Shown here: positions 10,199 to 19,964 of the stretch, in pieces
Layout: each line of letters opens with the position of its first letter
Numbering within the stretch: the first letter of the stretch is position 1
Assembly: GCA_963665125.2 (NCBI GenBank)
Contig: CAXXUK010000002.1
Coordinates: 736,001 to 800,000 of the forward strand
Length of the DNA: 64,000 nt
Direction of reading: 5' to 3'
Origin: an uncultured Desulfarculus sp.
Lineage (GTDB): Bacteria; Desulfobacterota; Desulfarculia; Desulfarculales; Desulfarculaceae
The notes under the pieces: generated by a model
Seen by the model: only the letters and a program-made list of their open reading frames with translations
Database searches by the model: none
Told to the model about the DNA's origin: nothing
Program-made: the position numbers and the translations under genes

Positions 10199-11107
10199 AT
10201 GCCCAGGGTGCGGGTGCTGATCATAGCCGGCAGCGACAGCGGCGGCGGAGCGGGAATCCAGGCCGACATCAAGGCCGTGACCGTCTTGGGCGGCCACGCC
10301 ATGACGGCCATCACCGCCCTGACGGCCCAGAACAGCACCGGCGTACAAGGCATCCACGCCGTGCCCCTGGATTTCGTGGAGGCCCAGTTCAGGGCCGTGA
10401 CCGGCGACATCGGCGTGGACGCGGTAAAGACCGGCATGCTGCACTCGGCCGAGTTGGTGAACCTGGTGGCCGATCTGCTGGCCGATGTGGACGCGCCGGT
10501 GGTGGTGGACCCGGTGATGGTGGCCAAGGGCGGCGACAGGCTGCTGGCCTCCGAGGCGGTGGAGGCCGTGCGCGGCCGTCTGCTGCCTTTGGCGGCTCTG
10601 GTCACGCCCAATCTCGACGAGGCCGAGGAACTGCTGGGCCGGCCGATCCGCGACAGGGCGGCCATGGAAGAGGCGGCCCGGGAGCTGGTGGGCCTGGGCG
10701 CGGCGGCGGCCCTGGTCAAGGGCGGCCATCTGGAGGGCGACCCCGGCGACTTGCTCTTTGACGGCATTGAGGCGCATTTTTTCAGCGCCCCGCGCATCGA
10801 CACAATCCACACCCACGGCACGGGCTGCACCCTGGCCTCGTCCCTGGCCACGCTCATGGCCCAGGGGCTGAGCCTGGCCGAGGCCGTAGAACGTGCCCGT
10901 CAACTGATCCGCAGGGGCATCAGCGGCTCCGAGCCCCTGGGCAAAGGCCACGGCCCGGTGGTGGCCGTGGCCGACCTGGAAGCCCGGCTGACCCTGGACG
11001 CCTTGACCAAAGAAACACTTGCCATCCTGGATGGCGATAACGATATCTCAAAAATTGCTCCCGAGCGCCTGGCGGCCGCCCTCAAAGCGGCTGGAGAGGA
11101 AAGCTGA
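10199..11107 (+). CDS. thiD: Hydroxymethylpyrimidine/phosphomethylpyrimidine kinase
   Basis: IAGSDSGGGAGIQADIK, VKTGML, VDPVMVAKGG, THGTGCTL; start moved to ATG 10199. Confidence 0.95.
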   Translation: MPRVRVLIIAGSDSGGGAGIQADIKAVTVLGGHAMTAITALTAQNSTGVQGIHAVPLDFVEAQFRAVTGDIGVDAVKTGMLHSAELVNLVADLLADVDAPVVVDPVMVAKGGDRLLASEAVEAVRGRLLPLAALVTPNLDEAEELLGRPIRDRAAMEEAARELVGLGAAAALVKGGHLEGDPGDLLFDGIEAHFFSAPRIDTIHTHGTGCTLASSLATLMAQGLSLAEAVERARQLIRRGISGSEPLGKGHGPVVAVADLEARLTLDALTKETLAILDGDNDISKIAPERLAAALKAAGEES

Positions 11108-11110
11108 AAA

Positions 11111-12418
11111 ATGATCGAAACCCAGATGACCGCGGCCCGCAAGGGCCAGATCACCGAGGCCATGGAGGCCGTGGCCGCCTACGAAGGCCTGGACGTCGAG
11201 ATAATCCGTGAGCGGGTTGCGGGAGGCACCATCGCCATTCCGGCCAACCCGGCCCATACCGTGCTGCAACCCAGGGGCGTGGGCGAGGGGCTTTCCGTCA
11301 AGGTCAACGCCAACATCGGCACCAGCCCGGACCGCGCCGACGCAGCCGAGGAAAAGGCCAAGCTCGACGCCGCCCTGGAGGCCGGGGCCGACGCGGTGAT
11401 GGATCTGAGCACCGGCGGCGACCTTGTGGCCATGCGCAAGCAGGTTTTGGCCAACTGCCCGGTGCCGGTGGGCACGGTGCCCATCTACCAGGCCGCCGTG
11501 GAGATTACCGCCCAGGACAAGGGCGTGGTGGATCTGACCGCCGACGATCTGTTCAGGGTCATCGAGCAGCAGGCTGAAGAAGGCGTGGACTTCATGACCG
11601 TGCACTGCGGGGTGAACATGCACGCACTGGAGCGCATGCGCTTCGAGGGCCGCATCACCGACGTGGTCAGCCGTGGCGGGGCCTTCCTGGCCTGCTGGAT
11701 ATTGAAAAACGAAAAGGAAAACCCGCTCTACGCCGAATACGACCGCCTGCTGGAGATCTGCCGCAAGCACGATGTCACGCTATCGCTGGGCGACGGAATG
11801 CGGCCCGGCTGCCTGGCCGACGCCACGGACCGGGCCCAGATCAGCGAACTGGTGACCCTGGGCGAACTGACCCAGCGGGCCTGGGACGCCGGGGTCCAGG
11901 TGATGATCGAGGGGCCGGGGCACGTGCCCCTGAACCAGGTCGTCACCAACATGCAGATCCAGAAGCGGCTGTGCCACAACGCGCCGTTCTACGTGCTGGG
12001 CCCCCTGGTCACCGACGTGGCCGCCGGCTGGGACCATGTGGCCTGCGCCATCGGCGGGGCCCTGGCCGCCACCAGCGGAGCCGACTTCCTTTGCTATGTC
12101 ACGCCCACTGAACACCTGGCATTGCCAGGCCCCAATGATGTATATGAAGGTGTGATCACCACGCGTATCGCCGCCCACGCCGCCGACGTGGCCAAGGGAC
12201 GGCCCCAGAGCGTGGAGCGCGACCGCAAGATGGCCGTGGCCCGGGCGGCCATGGACTGGGACACCATGATGAGCCTGTGCCTGGACCCCAAAACGGCCAG
12301 GGCCATGCGCGAAAACTCGGTGCCCCAGGAGGACGAGGTCTGCACAATGTGCGGCAAGTTCTGCGCGGTGCGCCTGATGCGCGACTACCTGCATCCGGAG
12401 CGTAAAAAGAAAGGCTGA
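11111..12418 (+). CDS. thiC: Phosphomethylpyrimidine synthase
   Basis: KVNANIGTS, MDLSTGG, SRGG, SLGDGMRPG, EGPGHVP, CTMCGKFCA. Confidence 0.97.
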   Translation: MIETQMTAARKGQITEAMEAVAAYEGLDVEIIRERVAGGTIAIPANPAHTVLQPRGVGEGLSVKVNANIGTSPDRADAAEEKAKLDAALEAGADAVMDLSTGGDLVAMRKQVLANCPVPVGTVPIYQAAVEITAQDKGVVDLTADDLFRVIEQQAEEGVDFMTVHCGVNMHALERMRFEGRITDVVSRGGAFLACWILKNEKENPLYAEYDRLLEICRKHDVTLSLGDGMRPGCLADATDRAQISELVTLGELTQRAWDAGVQVMIEGPGHVPLNQVVTNMQIQKRLCHNAPFYVLGPLVTDVAAGWDHVACAIGGALAATSGADFLCYVTPTEHLALPGPNDVYEGVITTRIAAHAADVAKGRPQSVERDRKMAVARAAMDWDTMMSLCLDPKTARAMRENSVPQEDEVCTMCGKFCAVRLMRDYLHPERKKKG

Positions 12419-13230
12419 TGATGGGCCTTATCGTCTTCACGGACCTGGACGGAACCCTGCTGGACCATGATGATTATTCATGGAAGGCGGCGGCTCCGGC
12501 CCTGGACGCCCTAAAGGCCGCCGGGGTGCCCCTTGTCTTGTGCAGCTCCAAGACCAGGGCCGAGATGACCCGGCTTCATACCGAACTGGGCCTGGACGGG
12601 CCCCTGGTGGTGGAAAACGGCGGCGGCATATTCGCCCCCACGGGTTATTACCGGGCTGCCGGAGCCAAGTGGTATGACGCGGGCGGCGGCTGGCGGGGGT
12701 TGGCCCTGGGCATGGGCATAGCCAACGTGCGTGGCCGTTTGGCCGTGTTCGGGCCGCGCTTCGGGGCCAGGGGTTTCGGCGATATGAGCGCCGCCGAAAT
12801 CGCCGGGCTCACCGGCCTCGGCGAAGACAAGGCCGCCCTGGCCAAGCTGCGTGAATTCAACGAGCCGGTGGTCTTGCCCCGGCCGGACGAACAGGCACAT
12901 GACTTTGCCATGGCCGGAGCGGCCCAGGGGTTGCTGATCACCCGGGGCGGCCGGTTTTTTCACGTGCTTGGCGGCGGCGACAAGGGCGCGGCGGTGAAGA
13001 TGATCAGCCAATGGTACGCCGACAATGACCCCGCCCTGAAGACCATGGCCCTGGGAGACGCCCTCAACGACGCCACCATGCTCAAGGCCGTGGACAGGGC
13101 CGTGCTGGTGGCCCGCCATGACGGCACCCACGCCCCGGTGGATATGCCGGGGCTGATCAAGGAACAATATCCCGGCCCCAAGGGCTGGAACAAGGCCGTG
13201 CTGGAGGTCCTGACCGAGGTTGGGCCGTGA
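12418..13230 (+). CDS. HAD-IIB mannosyl/glucosyl-3-phosphoglycerate phosphatase family (YedP/MpgP-like)
   Basis: FTDLDGTLLDH, CSSKTRAE, ENGG, GGRFFHV, LGDALND, GPKGWN. Confidence 0.88.
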   Translation: MMGLIVFTDLDGTLLDHDDYSWKAAAPALDALKAAGVPLVLCSSKTRAEMTRLHTELGLDGPLVVENGGGIFAPTGYYRAAGAKWYDAGGGWRGLALGMGIANVRGRLAVFGPRFGARGFGDMSAAEIAGLTGLGEDKAALAKLREFNEPVVLPRPDEQAHDFAMAGAAQGLLITRGGRFFHVLGGGDKGAAVKMISQWYADNDPALKTMALGDALNDATMLKAVDRAVLVARHDGTHAPVDMPGLIKEQYPGPKGWNKAVLEVLTEVGP

Positions 13231-14225
13231 GCAACCCTGCGGCAAACGTCCTGCGCCTGTTGCTGGAGGCAGAGGCCCCCCGCTCGGGCGAGGAAATGGG
13301 CGGTCTGCTGGGTTGCAGCCGGGCCGCCGTGGGCAAGGCAGTGGCCGCGTTGCGGGACCAGGGCTTTGTCATCGAGGCCCGCTCCCGGGCAGGCTACAGC
13401 CTGGTCTCCGAGCCCCAAGGCCTCAACGCCGCCAGGGTGGAGGCCCGTCTTCCGCTGGGTTGCCTGGGCAGCCCCCTTGTCTATCTGGCCGAGACCGATT
13501 CCACCAACCTGGAGGCCCGACGCCGGGCCGAGGCCGGAGCCGTGCACGGCACCTGCGTCACCGCCGAATTCCAGACCGCCGGGCGGGGCCGCCTGGACCG
13601 GGCCTGGAGCGCGCCCAAAGGCTCCAGCCTGATGTTTTCGCTGCTATTGCGGCCCAGGCTGAGCCTGGACAAGGTCTTCGTGCTCAATAATATTATCAGC
13701 CTGGCCATCTGCCGGGCCGTGGAGCAACACTGCGGGGTGCGGCCCATGGTCAAATGGCCTAATGATGTTTTTCTGGACGGCCGCAAGCTGGTGGGCGTGC
13801 TCACCGAATTCACCAGCCGGGGCGAGATGCTCGACCACGTGGTGGTGGGCGCGGGCGTGAACGTAAACTGGAGCGCCGCTGACCTGGCTAGGCTGGAAAA
13901 GCCGGCCGCCTCGATCACGGCCGCCACGGGCAAACAGTGGGACCGCGCGCCGCTTTTGGCCGCCATTCTCAGGCAGGCCGACGGTCTGTACGCCGAGCTG
14001 GAGGCGGGTAGGCTGGACAGCCTGCGCGACGAATACCAGCAGCGCAGCCTGCTCATGGGCAGGCGGGTGGAGGTGGACGACAGCGGCCGCAAGGTGGACG
14101 GCACGGTGATCGGCTTCGAGCCCGACGGCGCGCTGAGGCTGGGCACCGGGCCGGGCCGCAGCCGCGTCATCCGCCATGGCGATGTCAGCCTCAGTTCGGT
14201 GGAGGGCTTGGAGGGCCGCAGCTAG
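13227..14225 (+). CDS. birA: Bifunctional biotin ligase/repressor
   Basis: N-terminal HTH (SGEE..SRAAVGK), DSTN, QTAGRGR, KWPND, KLVGVL. Confidence 0.95.
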   Translation: MSNPAANVLRLLLEAEAPRSGEEMGGLLGCSRAAVGKAVAALRDQGFVIEARSRAGYSLVSEPQGLNAARVEARLPLGCLGSPLVYLAETDSTNLEARRRAEAGAVHGTCVTAEFQTAGRGRLDRAWSAPKGSSLMFSLLLRPRLSLDKVFVLNNIISLAICRAVEQHCGVRPMVKWPNDVFLDGRKLVGVLTEFTSRGEMLDHVVVGAGVNVNWSAADLARLEKPAASITAATGKQWDRAPLLAAILRQADGLYAELEAGRLDSLRDEYQQRSLLMGRRVEVDDSGRKVDGTVIGFEPDGALRLGTGPGRSRVIRHGDVSLSSVEGLEGRS

Positions 14226-14256
14226 CCCGGCGGATAACAAGCAAGATAAATTATTT

Positions 14257-14283
14257 GCCCGGCCGAAAGCCGGGCTTTTAGTT
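14257..14283 (+). terminator. Intrinsic terminator after birA
   Basis: GCCCGGC-CGAAA-GCCGGGC followed by TTTT. Confidence 0.65.
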
Positions 14284-14361
14284 TGTTGTGGCGCTGAAGC
14301 TTGGGCCTTGACGTGAGCCTGGCGCGCCTCCGGCGGAGACCGGAGGCGCTCGTCCTGGCGG

Positions 14362-16284
14362 TTAGTTGCCGCCTTCTTCCTGTTGGCCCCCGCCTTGGGG
14401 GCCCAGGGCGATCATCAATCTGCCGAAGGTCGAACCGGTCCAGCATTCACCCATTCCCAGCATGCGGTCGTTGAGGCTCATATTGGGCCTGGTCAGGTAA
14501 TTGGCCGTGCGCAGATGGAAGATGGGGATGACCGGCGTATAACCCTGGGCCTGCGCCTCCAGGATGACCTGGCGCAGTTGCCGCCGGGCCGATTTGAGCA
14601 TGGGCTCCAATCCGGCTTCGTCCTCCAACTGGACAATGGTGCCGGTTTTGTCCGTCTTGGCGCCCAGGCTGTAGTACTTGGCCACCACCATCGAGGAATG
14701 GGCAAAAGAGGCCACCGAACCGCCCAAAATGGCCACTCCCTTGTAGAAGTCTTTCTTGAAGTCGTTGGCCAGGGCCGTGGAGGCGGCAAAGGTCATGCGG
14801 GCCATCAGAAAATGGCTGTCGTTGCCCATGGCCTTGGCCATGAGATCCTGGGGCAGCATGCGCAACTCTTCGGCGGCCGGATCGATGATGGCCTTGCGGA
14901 TGTAGCCCAGGTTGCCGCCTGCGGCCAGGTGCATGGCAACGGCCCAGTCGGCGATTTTGTGTTGATCCGGCAGGCTGGGTCCCGGAAAACGCAGGCCCAT
15001 GTACAAAAGGTCGTCGATGAAGTGGGTAAGGTTGCGGGCGATGGCCTCGCCCACCGTGGCCTGGGAAAGGGCCTGGACGATCTTGTTTTCGTCCTTGAGC
15101 TTGTCCAGTTCGCCCAAAACCATGCTTGTGTTTACATGTACGCCCACGGCGGCGTTGTAATAGGAAAAGGCCTCGGCCAGGGTGATCATGTCCGTAACCG
15201 AGACGACCCGCTGGCTGGTCAGCTTTTCCCGCAGCTTGTTGAGTTGGTCCTGGGTGATGATGTAACGGTCAAAGACCTTGACCATGCCCTGGAGACCGCC
15301 CCGGCGGTAACCGATGTACAAGTGGCTCAGATAGGCTCCGGTATCGGCTTCCGAGGCGGCGTTGTACATCAGCTGCACCGCCGCGCACAGGGCCCCTCTG
15401 CCCAGGGCCTGCCGGGCCCGCTCATAGTCCCTGTGGGCCAGTTTCCACAGGTTTTCCAACTGGGGATGAAACTGCTTGGGCACTTCCCGGCTGGTGGCCT
15501 CCATCTGGCTGGCGGCCTGCTTGAACTTCTGGCTCCAGCGCTTGTACGAGTGCTCCAGGGCCTCCCTGGTGCGGGTGGGCAAGCGGAACTCCCGGCCGTC
15601 GTCACGCAGGCGGGTCAAGGGCCTGCCGGTCAAGTGCTTGTAGGCCTCGAAGACGTCTGATACGGGGACCACCTCCACGCCGATTTGGCGGCCCCTCTCC
15701 ATTAGATCGACCTCCTTGCCGTTCTTTAGCTTTTCCTTGAGCGAACCGGCCGGAACCAGGACCTTGGTCTTGCCGACGTTCTTAGCACCCTGGAGCTTGT
15801 AATAAACGCCGCCCACCGGTCCGATGGAGCCGTCGGGGTTGATGGTGCCGGTCATGGTCACATCCGAGCGGATGGGGCTTTTTTTCAGCAGGGCCAGCAC
15901 GGCGCTGGTCATCAGGCCGCCGGCGGAGGGACCGTCCATGTCTCCGGCTATGTCAAACGACAACCGCCAGTCCGAAGGGTCTTGGCCGGAGATCAACGCC
16001 GAGACGACCGTGGCCATCCAGCCCGAGGCCCGCCACTGGGGCCCGGCCCCGAAAAACTGGGATTCGAAGAAGCCGACCCGCAACTCCCCACTTTGGGATT
16101 TTTCCATGCGGATCGTCATTTTTTCCGAGCCGCCGGCCGGTCCTTGGGGCGTGTCGAAATAAAACAGGGGCCATACCGTGCGTTGCTCGTCGGCGGTTGC
16201 CATCTGCGGATAACATGCCGTGAATAAAATAAAAATGGATAAGCAATAAACCGCGAGCCCGTTTTTACTCAGCTTGCCGGCCAT
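14362..16284 (-). CDS. Exported S16 (Lon-type) serine protease domain protein without ATPase, with long helical C-terminus
   Basis: N-terminal signal; DGPSAG; MTGTINPDGSIGPVGGVYYK (Ser-Lys dyad); no Walker motifs seen. Confidence 0.85.
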   Translation of the reverse strand: MAGKLSKNGLAVYCLSIFILFTACYPQMATADEQRTVWPLFYFDTPQGPAGGSEKMTIRMEKSQSGELRVGFFESQFFGAGPQWRASGWMATVVSALISGQDPSDWRLSFDIAGDMDGPSAGGLMTSAVLALLKKSPIRSDVTMTGTINPDGSIGPVGGVYYKLQGAKNVGKTKVLVPAGSLKEKLKNGKEVDLMERGRQIGVEVVPVSDVFEAYKHLTGRPLTRLRDDGREFRLPTRTREALEHSYKRWSQKFKQAASQMEATSREVPKQFHPQLENLWKLAHRDYERARQALGRGALCAAVQLMYNAASEADTGAYLSHLYIGYRRGGLQGMVKVFDRYIITQDQLNKLREKLTSQRVVSVTDMITLAEAFSYYNAAVGVHVNTSMVLGELDKLKDENKIVQALSQATVGEAIARNLTHFIDDLLYMGLRFPGPSLPDQHKIADWAVAMHLAAGGNLGYIRKAIIDPAAEELRMLPQDLMAKAMGNDSHFLMARMTFAASTALANDFKKDFYKGVAILGGSVASFAHSSMVVAKYYSLGAKTDKTGTIVQLEDEAGLEPMLKSARRQLRQVILEAQAQGYTPVIPIFHLRTANYLTRPNMSLNDRMLGMGECWTGSTFGRLMIALGPQGGGQQEEGGN

Positions 16285-16472
16285 TTTTTTTCTCCAGATG
16301 CTGGTTTTATTTGCTTTGAGATTAACACAGCTTTAATTAACGATGAACATATGACACAGTAAGTTACACTCTTTTGGCGTCGTCAATCAATTTGAACACT
16401 GCAACTCGGCCATTGACAAGACAATATGCTACTATGGCATGAGATAAGACAAACGCATAACGGAGCGGCGAA

Positions 16473-17168
16473 ATGACCTTCAATTGTTTCATGAAGAAAT
16501 TGGCTTTGATCTGCCTGTGCGCGGCGTTGATCACCCTGATGGGAACCGCCCAGGCCCAGCAAACCAATCCTTACGGCGGCTACCAACAGCCTCCGGGCAT
16601 GCCGCAATCTCCATACGGACCGTATAGCCAACAGCCGCCCGCTCAAAACCCTAATCAACAGGTCCCCAACCAACAGGTGCCCAATCAACAGGTGCCCAAT
16701 CAGCAGCCGCCCAATCAGCAGCCGCCGAATCAACAGCAGAACACGCAGCCTGGCCTCCAGCTTACCGATGCCTTCGCCCAGTTCCGTATCGGTCTGCCCC
16801 AGGGCGCCCAGCCGGTTACTTCCACCTATATGCTCACTGTTCCCACTTCAGGCCTGCAGGTGCTTGTTAGCGCCACGCTGAATCAGCAAGTCTTCCAATC
16901 CCATGTCCAGGGCATGCCCGCAATGATTCAGCAGCAGGGCGGACGGATCGTCCAGGACAGACAAATCAATTACCAGAATATGCAGTGCAGGTATATCCTG
17001 GCGGAGATGCAAAACCAGGCCATGAACCAGGCGGTGGACATGCACTATTTGCTCATCCCCGGTCCCAACGTATTGTTGCAGATCACTTGTCCGCAGCAGA
17101 GCCGCAACGCGGCCCAGCAGGCCCTGGACATGATGCTGGACAACCTGCAGGTGGCCAAGCCCAGGTAA
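16473..17168 (+). CDS. Secreted hypothetical protein with Gln/Pro/Asn low-complexity linker
   Basis: Signal peptide ending AQA; PNQQ repeats; globular C-terminal region. Confidence 0.75.
   Translation: MTFNCFMKKLALICLCAALITLMGTAQAQQTNPYGGYQQPPGMPQSPYGPYSQQPPAQNPNQQVPNQQVPNQQVPNQQPPNQQPPNQQQNTQPGLQLTDAFAQFRIGLPQGAQPVTSTYMLTVPTSGLQVLVSATLNQQVFQSHVQGMPAMIQQQGGRIVQDRQINYQNMQCRYILAEMQNQAMNQAVDMHYLLIPGPNVLLQITCPQQSRNAAQQALDMMLDNLQVAKPR
16649..16738 (+). repeat. Imperfect 15-bp tandem repeat (about 6 copies) encoding PNQQ(V/P)
   Basis: CCnAAyCArCAGnnn units visible in the DNA. Confidence 0.85.
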
Positions 17169-17208
17169 GGTCCTGATTGGCATATCGGGATAACCGTCGC
17201 CTGGCCCA

Positions 17209-17670
17209 TTGAAAGGAAGCTGTCAATTGCCACGGGTCGCGATTTGGGCCGTAATTCTTTTGGCATCGGCTTCAGTATTGTCCTTGGCCGGCCCCTTGGC
17301 CGCTGAAGACCAGGGATGCCAGTGGTCCGCCCGTTTGCTGACAGAGGAATGTAAAACGCATTGCCGGTCTTTGACCGGCAATGACCTTTTGGTGTGCGAA
17401 GGAGTTTGCTCCAGGGCCGGAGTCAATCTGGCCCAAAACAAGGCCAGGTATGAAAAGCTGCTGAATGAAAAATGCCCTTCTCTGAAGCAGGAGGAGGCGT
17501 GCCAAAGTGTCTTGTGGCTTTTCCGAGCCGATTATATCCCGGAAGGCCCCGGCTATTCCCAGGGGCACAGGGCCGTGCGCGAGGTCTGGAAAGCCGAGAT
17601 CGAGGCCCTGCCCTGCCTGATAAACACATCGACCTGCCGCAAGGATTGCTCGCTTGTAAAGCCCTGGTGA
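17209..17670 (+). CDS. Secreted Cys-rich hypothetical protein
   Basis: Hydrophobic leader; CxxxC pairs (CKTHC, CEGVC, CRKDC); start uncertain. Confidence 0.55.
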   Translation: MKGSCQLPRVAIWAVILLASASVLSLAGPLAAEDQGCQWSARLLTEECKTHCRSLTGNDLLVCEGVCSRAGVNLAQNKARYEKLLNEKCPSLKQEEACQSVLWLFRADYIPEGPGYSQGHRAVREVWKAEIEALPCLINTSTCRKDCSLVKPW

Positions 17671-17740
17671 ACGCGGCTCCCGAATACAGTTGTGATACAA
17701 TAAAGCGCCCGATGAACAGTGACCCGAACCGTCTCCGGGA

Positions 17741-19378
17741 GTGGCTATGCGCGCTGAAGATATGGATGTGACAAGGCTGTTGGAAAAGGACCCGGCCTCG
17801 GGCTTCCCCATTTTCAACGGATCGCGTTTGATCATACTGGGCATGGGCAGCCTGGGCAGCTACGAGCGAGAGCTGGTCAAATCAATCCCCGAAGAGACGG
17901 TCCATGCCATGTTCGCGGGCTTTGGCTATGAAAACGGCATCGCTTTGGGCATGTCCCTGGCCGAGATGTTCGAATGGGAGTCAACCAGGGATCTGTTCGG
18001 CGCCGGCTGCCTGATGTGCACCAACGCCGGTTTGGCCATTGCCGAAATAGAGGATTTTCACTGGGATGAGGCCAAGGCCCAGTTCCATTTCACAGGCAGG
18101 TGGCTCCAGTCCATGGAGGCCCTGTTATACCTGGAAGACGGCGAGGTGGCCCATGAGCCGGTGTGCTCCATGCTTTCGGGCCTGCTCAGCGGCCTGTCCA
18201 GCGTGATTTTCGGGCGCGAGGTCTGGGTTCAGGAACAGACCTGCCTGGCCCAGGGCAATGAATATTGCACCTTTGAAGGGCGCCCCATTGAAAACTGGGG
18301 TCTTGACCCCGATGAAATCCGCAGCCGCTTCCGGCTGGACAAGCTCGACGTGGGCGTGCAAAAGCTGGGCATGAAGCTGGAGCAGGCCCACAGGGCCCTG
18401 GCCGAACAACAGGCCGAAATCGAGCGTCTGCGCAAACCCGGCGGACACATAAGCGCCGAGGACGCCCATGGCATCATCCACCGCAGCAAGGCCATGTCCC
18501 AGACCCTGGAACTTGCCCGCAAGGTGGCCCCCACCATGAGCACCGTACTGATCCAGGGCGAAAGCGGCGTGGGCAAGGAGGTCATCGCCAGGTTCATCCA
18601 CAACGAATCCGGCCGCCAAGCGCACCGCTTCATGGCCATCAACTGCGCGGCCCTGCCTCCGACATTATTGGAGTCGGAGCTGTTCGGCCACGTCAAGGGA
18701 GCCTTCACCGGGGCCGACAGCAACAAACGCGGGCTGTTTCAGGAGGCGGGCAAGGGCACGGTTTTTTTGGACGAAGTGGGCGAGTTGCCCCTGGAACTCC
18801 AGGCCAAGCTCTTGCGGGCCCTGCAGGAGCGGGAGATTCGGCCGGTGGGCGGCGTCAGCGACATCCCGGTGGAGGCTCGGATCATCGCCGCCAGCAACCG
18901 TGAGCTAAAGGACATGGTCAGCGAGGGCAAGCTGAGGGAAGACCTCTATTACCGCCTGGCCGTGTTTCCCATTCTTATTCCGCCCCTGCGCCAGCGCAAG
19001 CCGGACATTCTGCCCCTGGCCCGCCATTTTCTGGATAAGCTCAACTCAGGGCATGCCGGTTTCTATCCGGCGGCCGTGCGGCTCATGGAAGCCCACCCCT
19101 GGCCGGGCAATGTCCGGGAACTGGAAAACGCCGTTGAATATGCCATGATCCTGGCCGGCACCGACGCCATCCGGCCCGAGCACCTTCCTGCCGACATAGG
19201 CCGGGGAGGAGATCCCGGCGGCAGCAGGCTTGTCGAGGACATGCCCACCCAGGACGAATTGATCCGGCGCTACACCAAGCTCGTCCTGGAGTCCACCGGT
19301 GGCAACCGCAGCCAGGCGGCCCGCATCCTGGGCATTGGCGCCAACACCCTCTGGCGCCGTCTCAAACAGGGGGATTAG
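17741..19378 (+). CDS. XylR/DmpR-type sigma54-dependent activator (XylR_N-V4R-AAA+-Fis HTH)
   Basis: V4R cysteines (PVC..EQTCLAQG..C), GESGVGKE, ESELFGHVKGAFTGA, FLDEVGE, WPGNVRELEN, GNRSQAARILGI. Confidence 0.93.
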   Translation: MAMRAEDMDVTRLLEKDPASGFPIFNGSRLIILGMGSLGSYERELVKSIPEETVHAMFAGFGYENGIALGMSLAEMFEWESTRDLFGAGCLMCTNAGLAIAEIEDFHWDEAKAQFHFTGRWLQSMEALLYLEDGEVAHEPVCSMLSGLLSGLSSVIFGREVWVQEQTCLAQGNEYCTFEGRPIENWGLDPDEIRSRFRLDKLDVGVQKLGMKLEQAHRALAEQQAEIERLRKPGGHISAEDAHGIIHRSKAMSQTLELARKVAPTMSTVLIQGESGVGKEVIARFIHNESGRQAHRFMAINCAALPPTLLESELFGHVKGAFTGADSNKRGLFQEAGKGTVFLDEVGELPLELQAKLLRALQEREIRPVGGVSDIPVEARIIAASNRELKDMVSEGKLREDLYYRLAVFPILIPPLRQRKPDILPLARHFLDKLNSGHAGFYPAAVRLMEAHPWPGNVRELENAVEYAMILAGTDAIRPEHLPADIGRGGDPGGSRLVEDMPTQDELIRRYTKLVLESTGGNRSQAARILGIGANTLWRRLKQGD

Positions 19379-19426
19379 CCGGGTCGTTGTCCGGCCACGT
19401 TTTTTTCGGGCAAACTCAACGGAAGC

Positions 19427-19467
19427 TCCAAAACGGACGCAACCGGGACCGGGTATTCCAAAATGGA
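19427..19467. promoter_or_regulatory. Tandem upstream activator sites, module 1
   Basis: TCCAAAACGGA (19427) and TCCAAAATGGA (19457), 30 bp apart. Confidence 0.7.
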
Positions 19468-19546
19468 ATCTCGTGGCTGGGATGCCATTCCTCGTGGCCG
19501 GCCGCAATTCGCGCTGATATCAGGCCGATGAAAAAACCAGCATGCC

Positions 19547-19562
19547 TGGCACGCCGGCTGCA
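19547..19562 (+). promoter_or_regulatory. Sigma54 -24/-12 promoter 1
   Basis: TGGCACGCCGGCTGCA (GG-N10-GC). Confidence 0.75.
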
Positions 19563-19573
19563 ATGAATCACGG

Positions 19574-19864
19574 CAACCCATCGCAACGGCAGGCAAGGCA
19601 AGACCCTGATTGCGTAAAGGACTGGGGGGACGCTTCTTTGGCCATGACCACTGGCAAGTGGAGCATGCCTCTAGCGTTGATAAACCGATTGATCCGCGCC
19701 GGGCGCCATTGACTCCGCCGGCGGTCAAGCATGCTGCGCCAAGTAAATAACCATGCGAAACCATGGCACATGCCAAGGTAACTCAGGCCAAGGCCGGACG
19801 CTGTCTTGGTTGTGGTGGGCCTCCTTTCTCTCAGGCGGCCGCTCGAAAGGGCGGCCGTTTTTTA
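19574..19864 (+). ncRNA. Candidate sigma54-dependent small RNA
   Basis: Lies between promoter 1 and a strong terminator; no credible ORF; CCTCCTTTCTCTC just before the terminator. Confidence 0.5.
19833..19864 (+). terminator. Intrinsic terminator
   Basis: GGCGGCCGCTC-GAAA-GGGCGGCCGTT followed by a T run. Confidence 0.85.
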
Positions 19865-19923
19865 TGAAAGCGGCGATCTGGGGCGCTTGGCTTGATGTTT
19901 TTGCGGTAAGGCGAGGCCTGTCG

Positions 19924-19964
19924 TCCAAAATGGACTTTATCGTGGATTATTACTCCAGAATGGA
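19924..19964. promoter_or_regulatory. Tandem upstream activator sites, module 2
   Basis: TCCAAAATGGA (19924) and TCCAGAATGGA (19954), 30 bp apart. Confidence 0.7.

Noticed and set aside
16649..16738. Short tandem repeats as a CRISPR array
   Set aside because: In-frame 15-bp coding repeats with no spacers and no cas genes.
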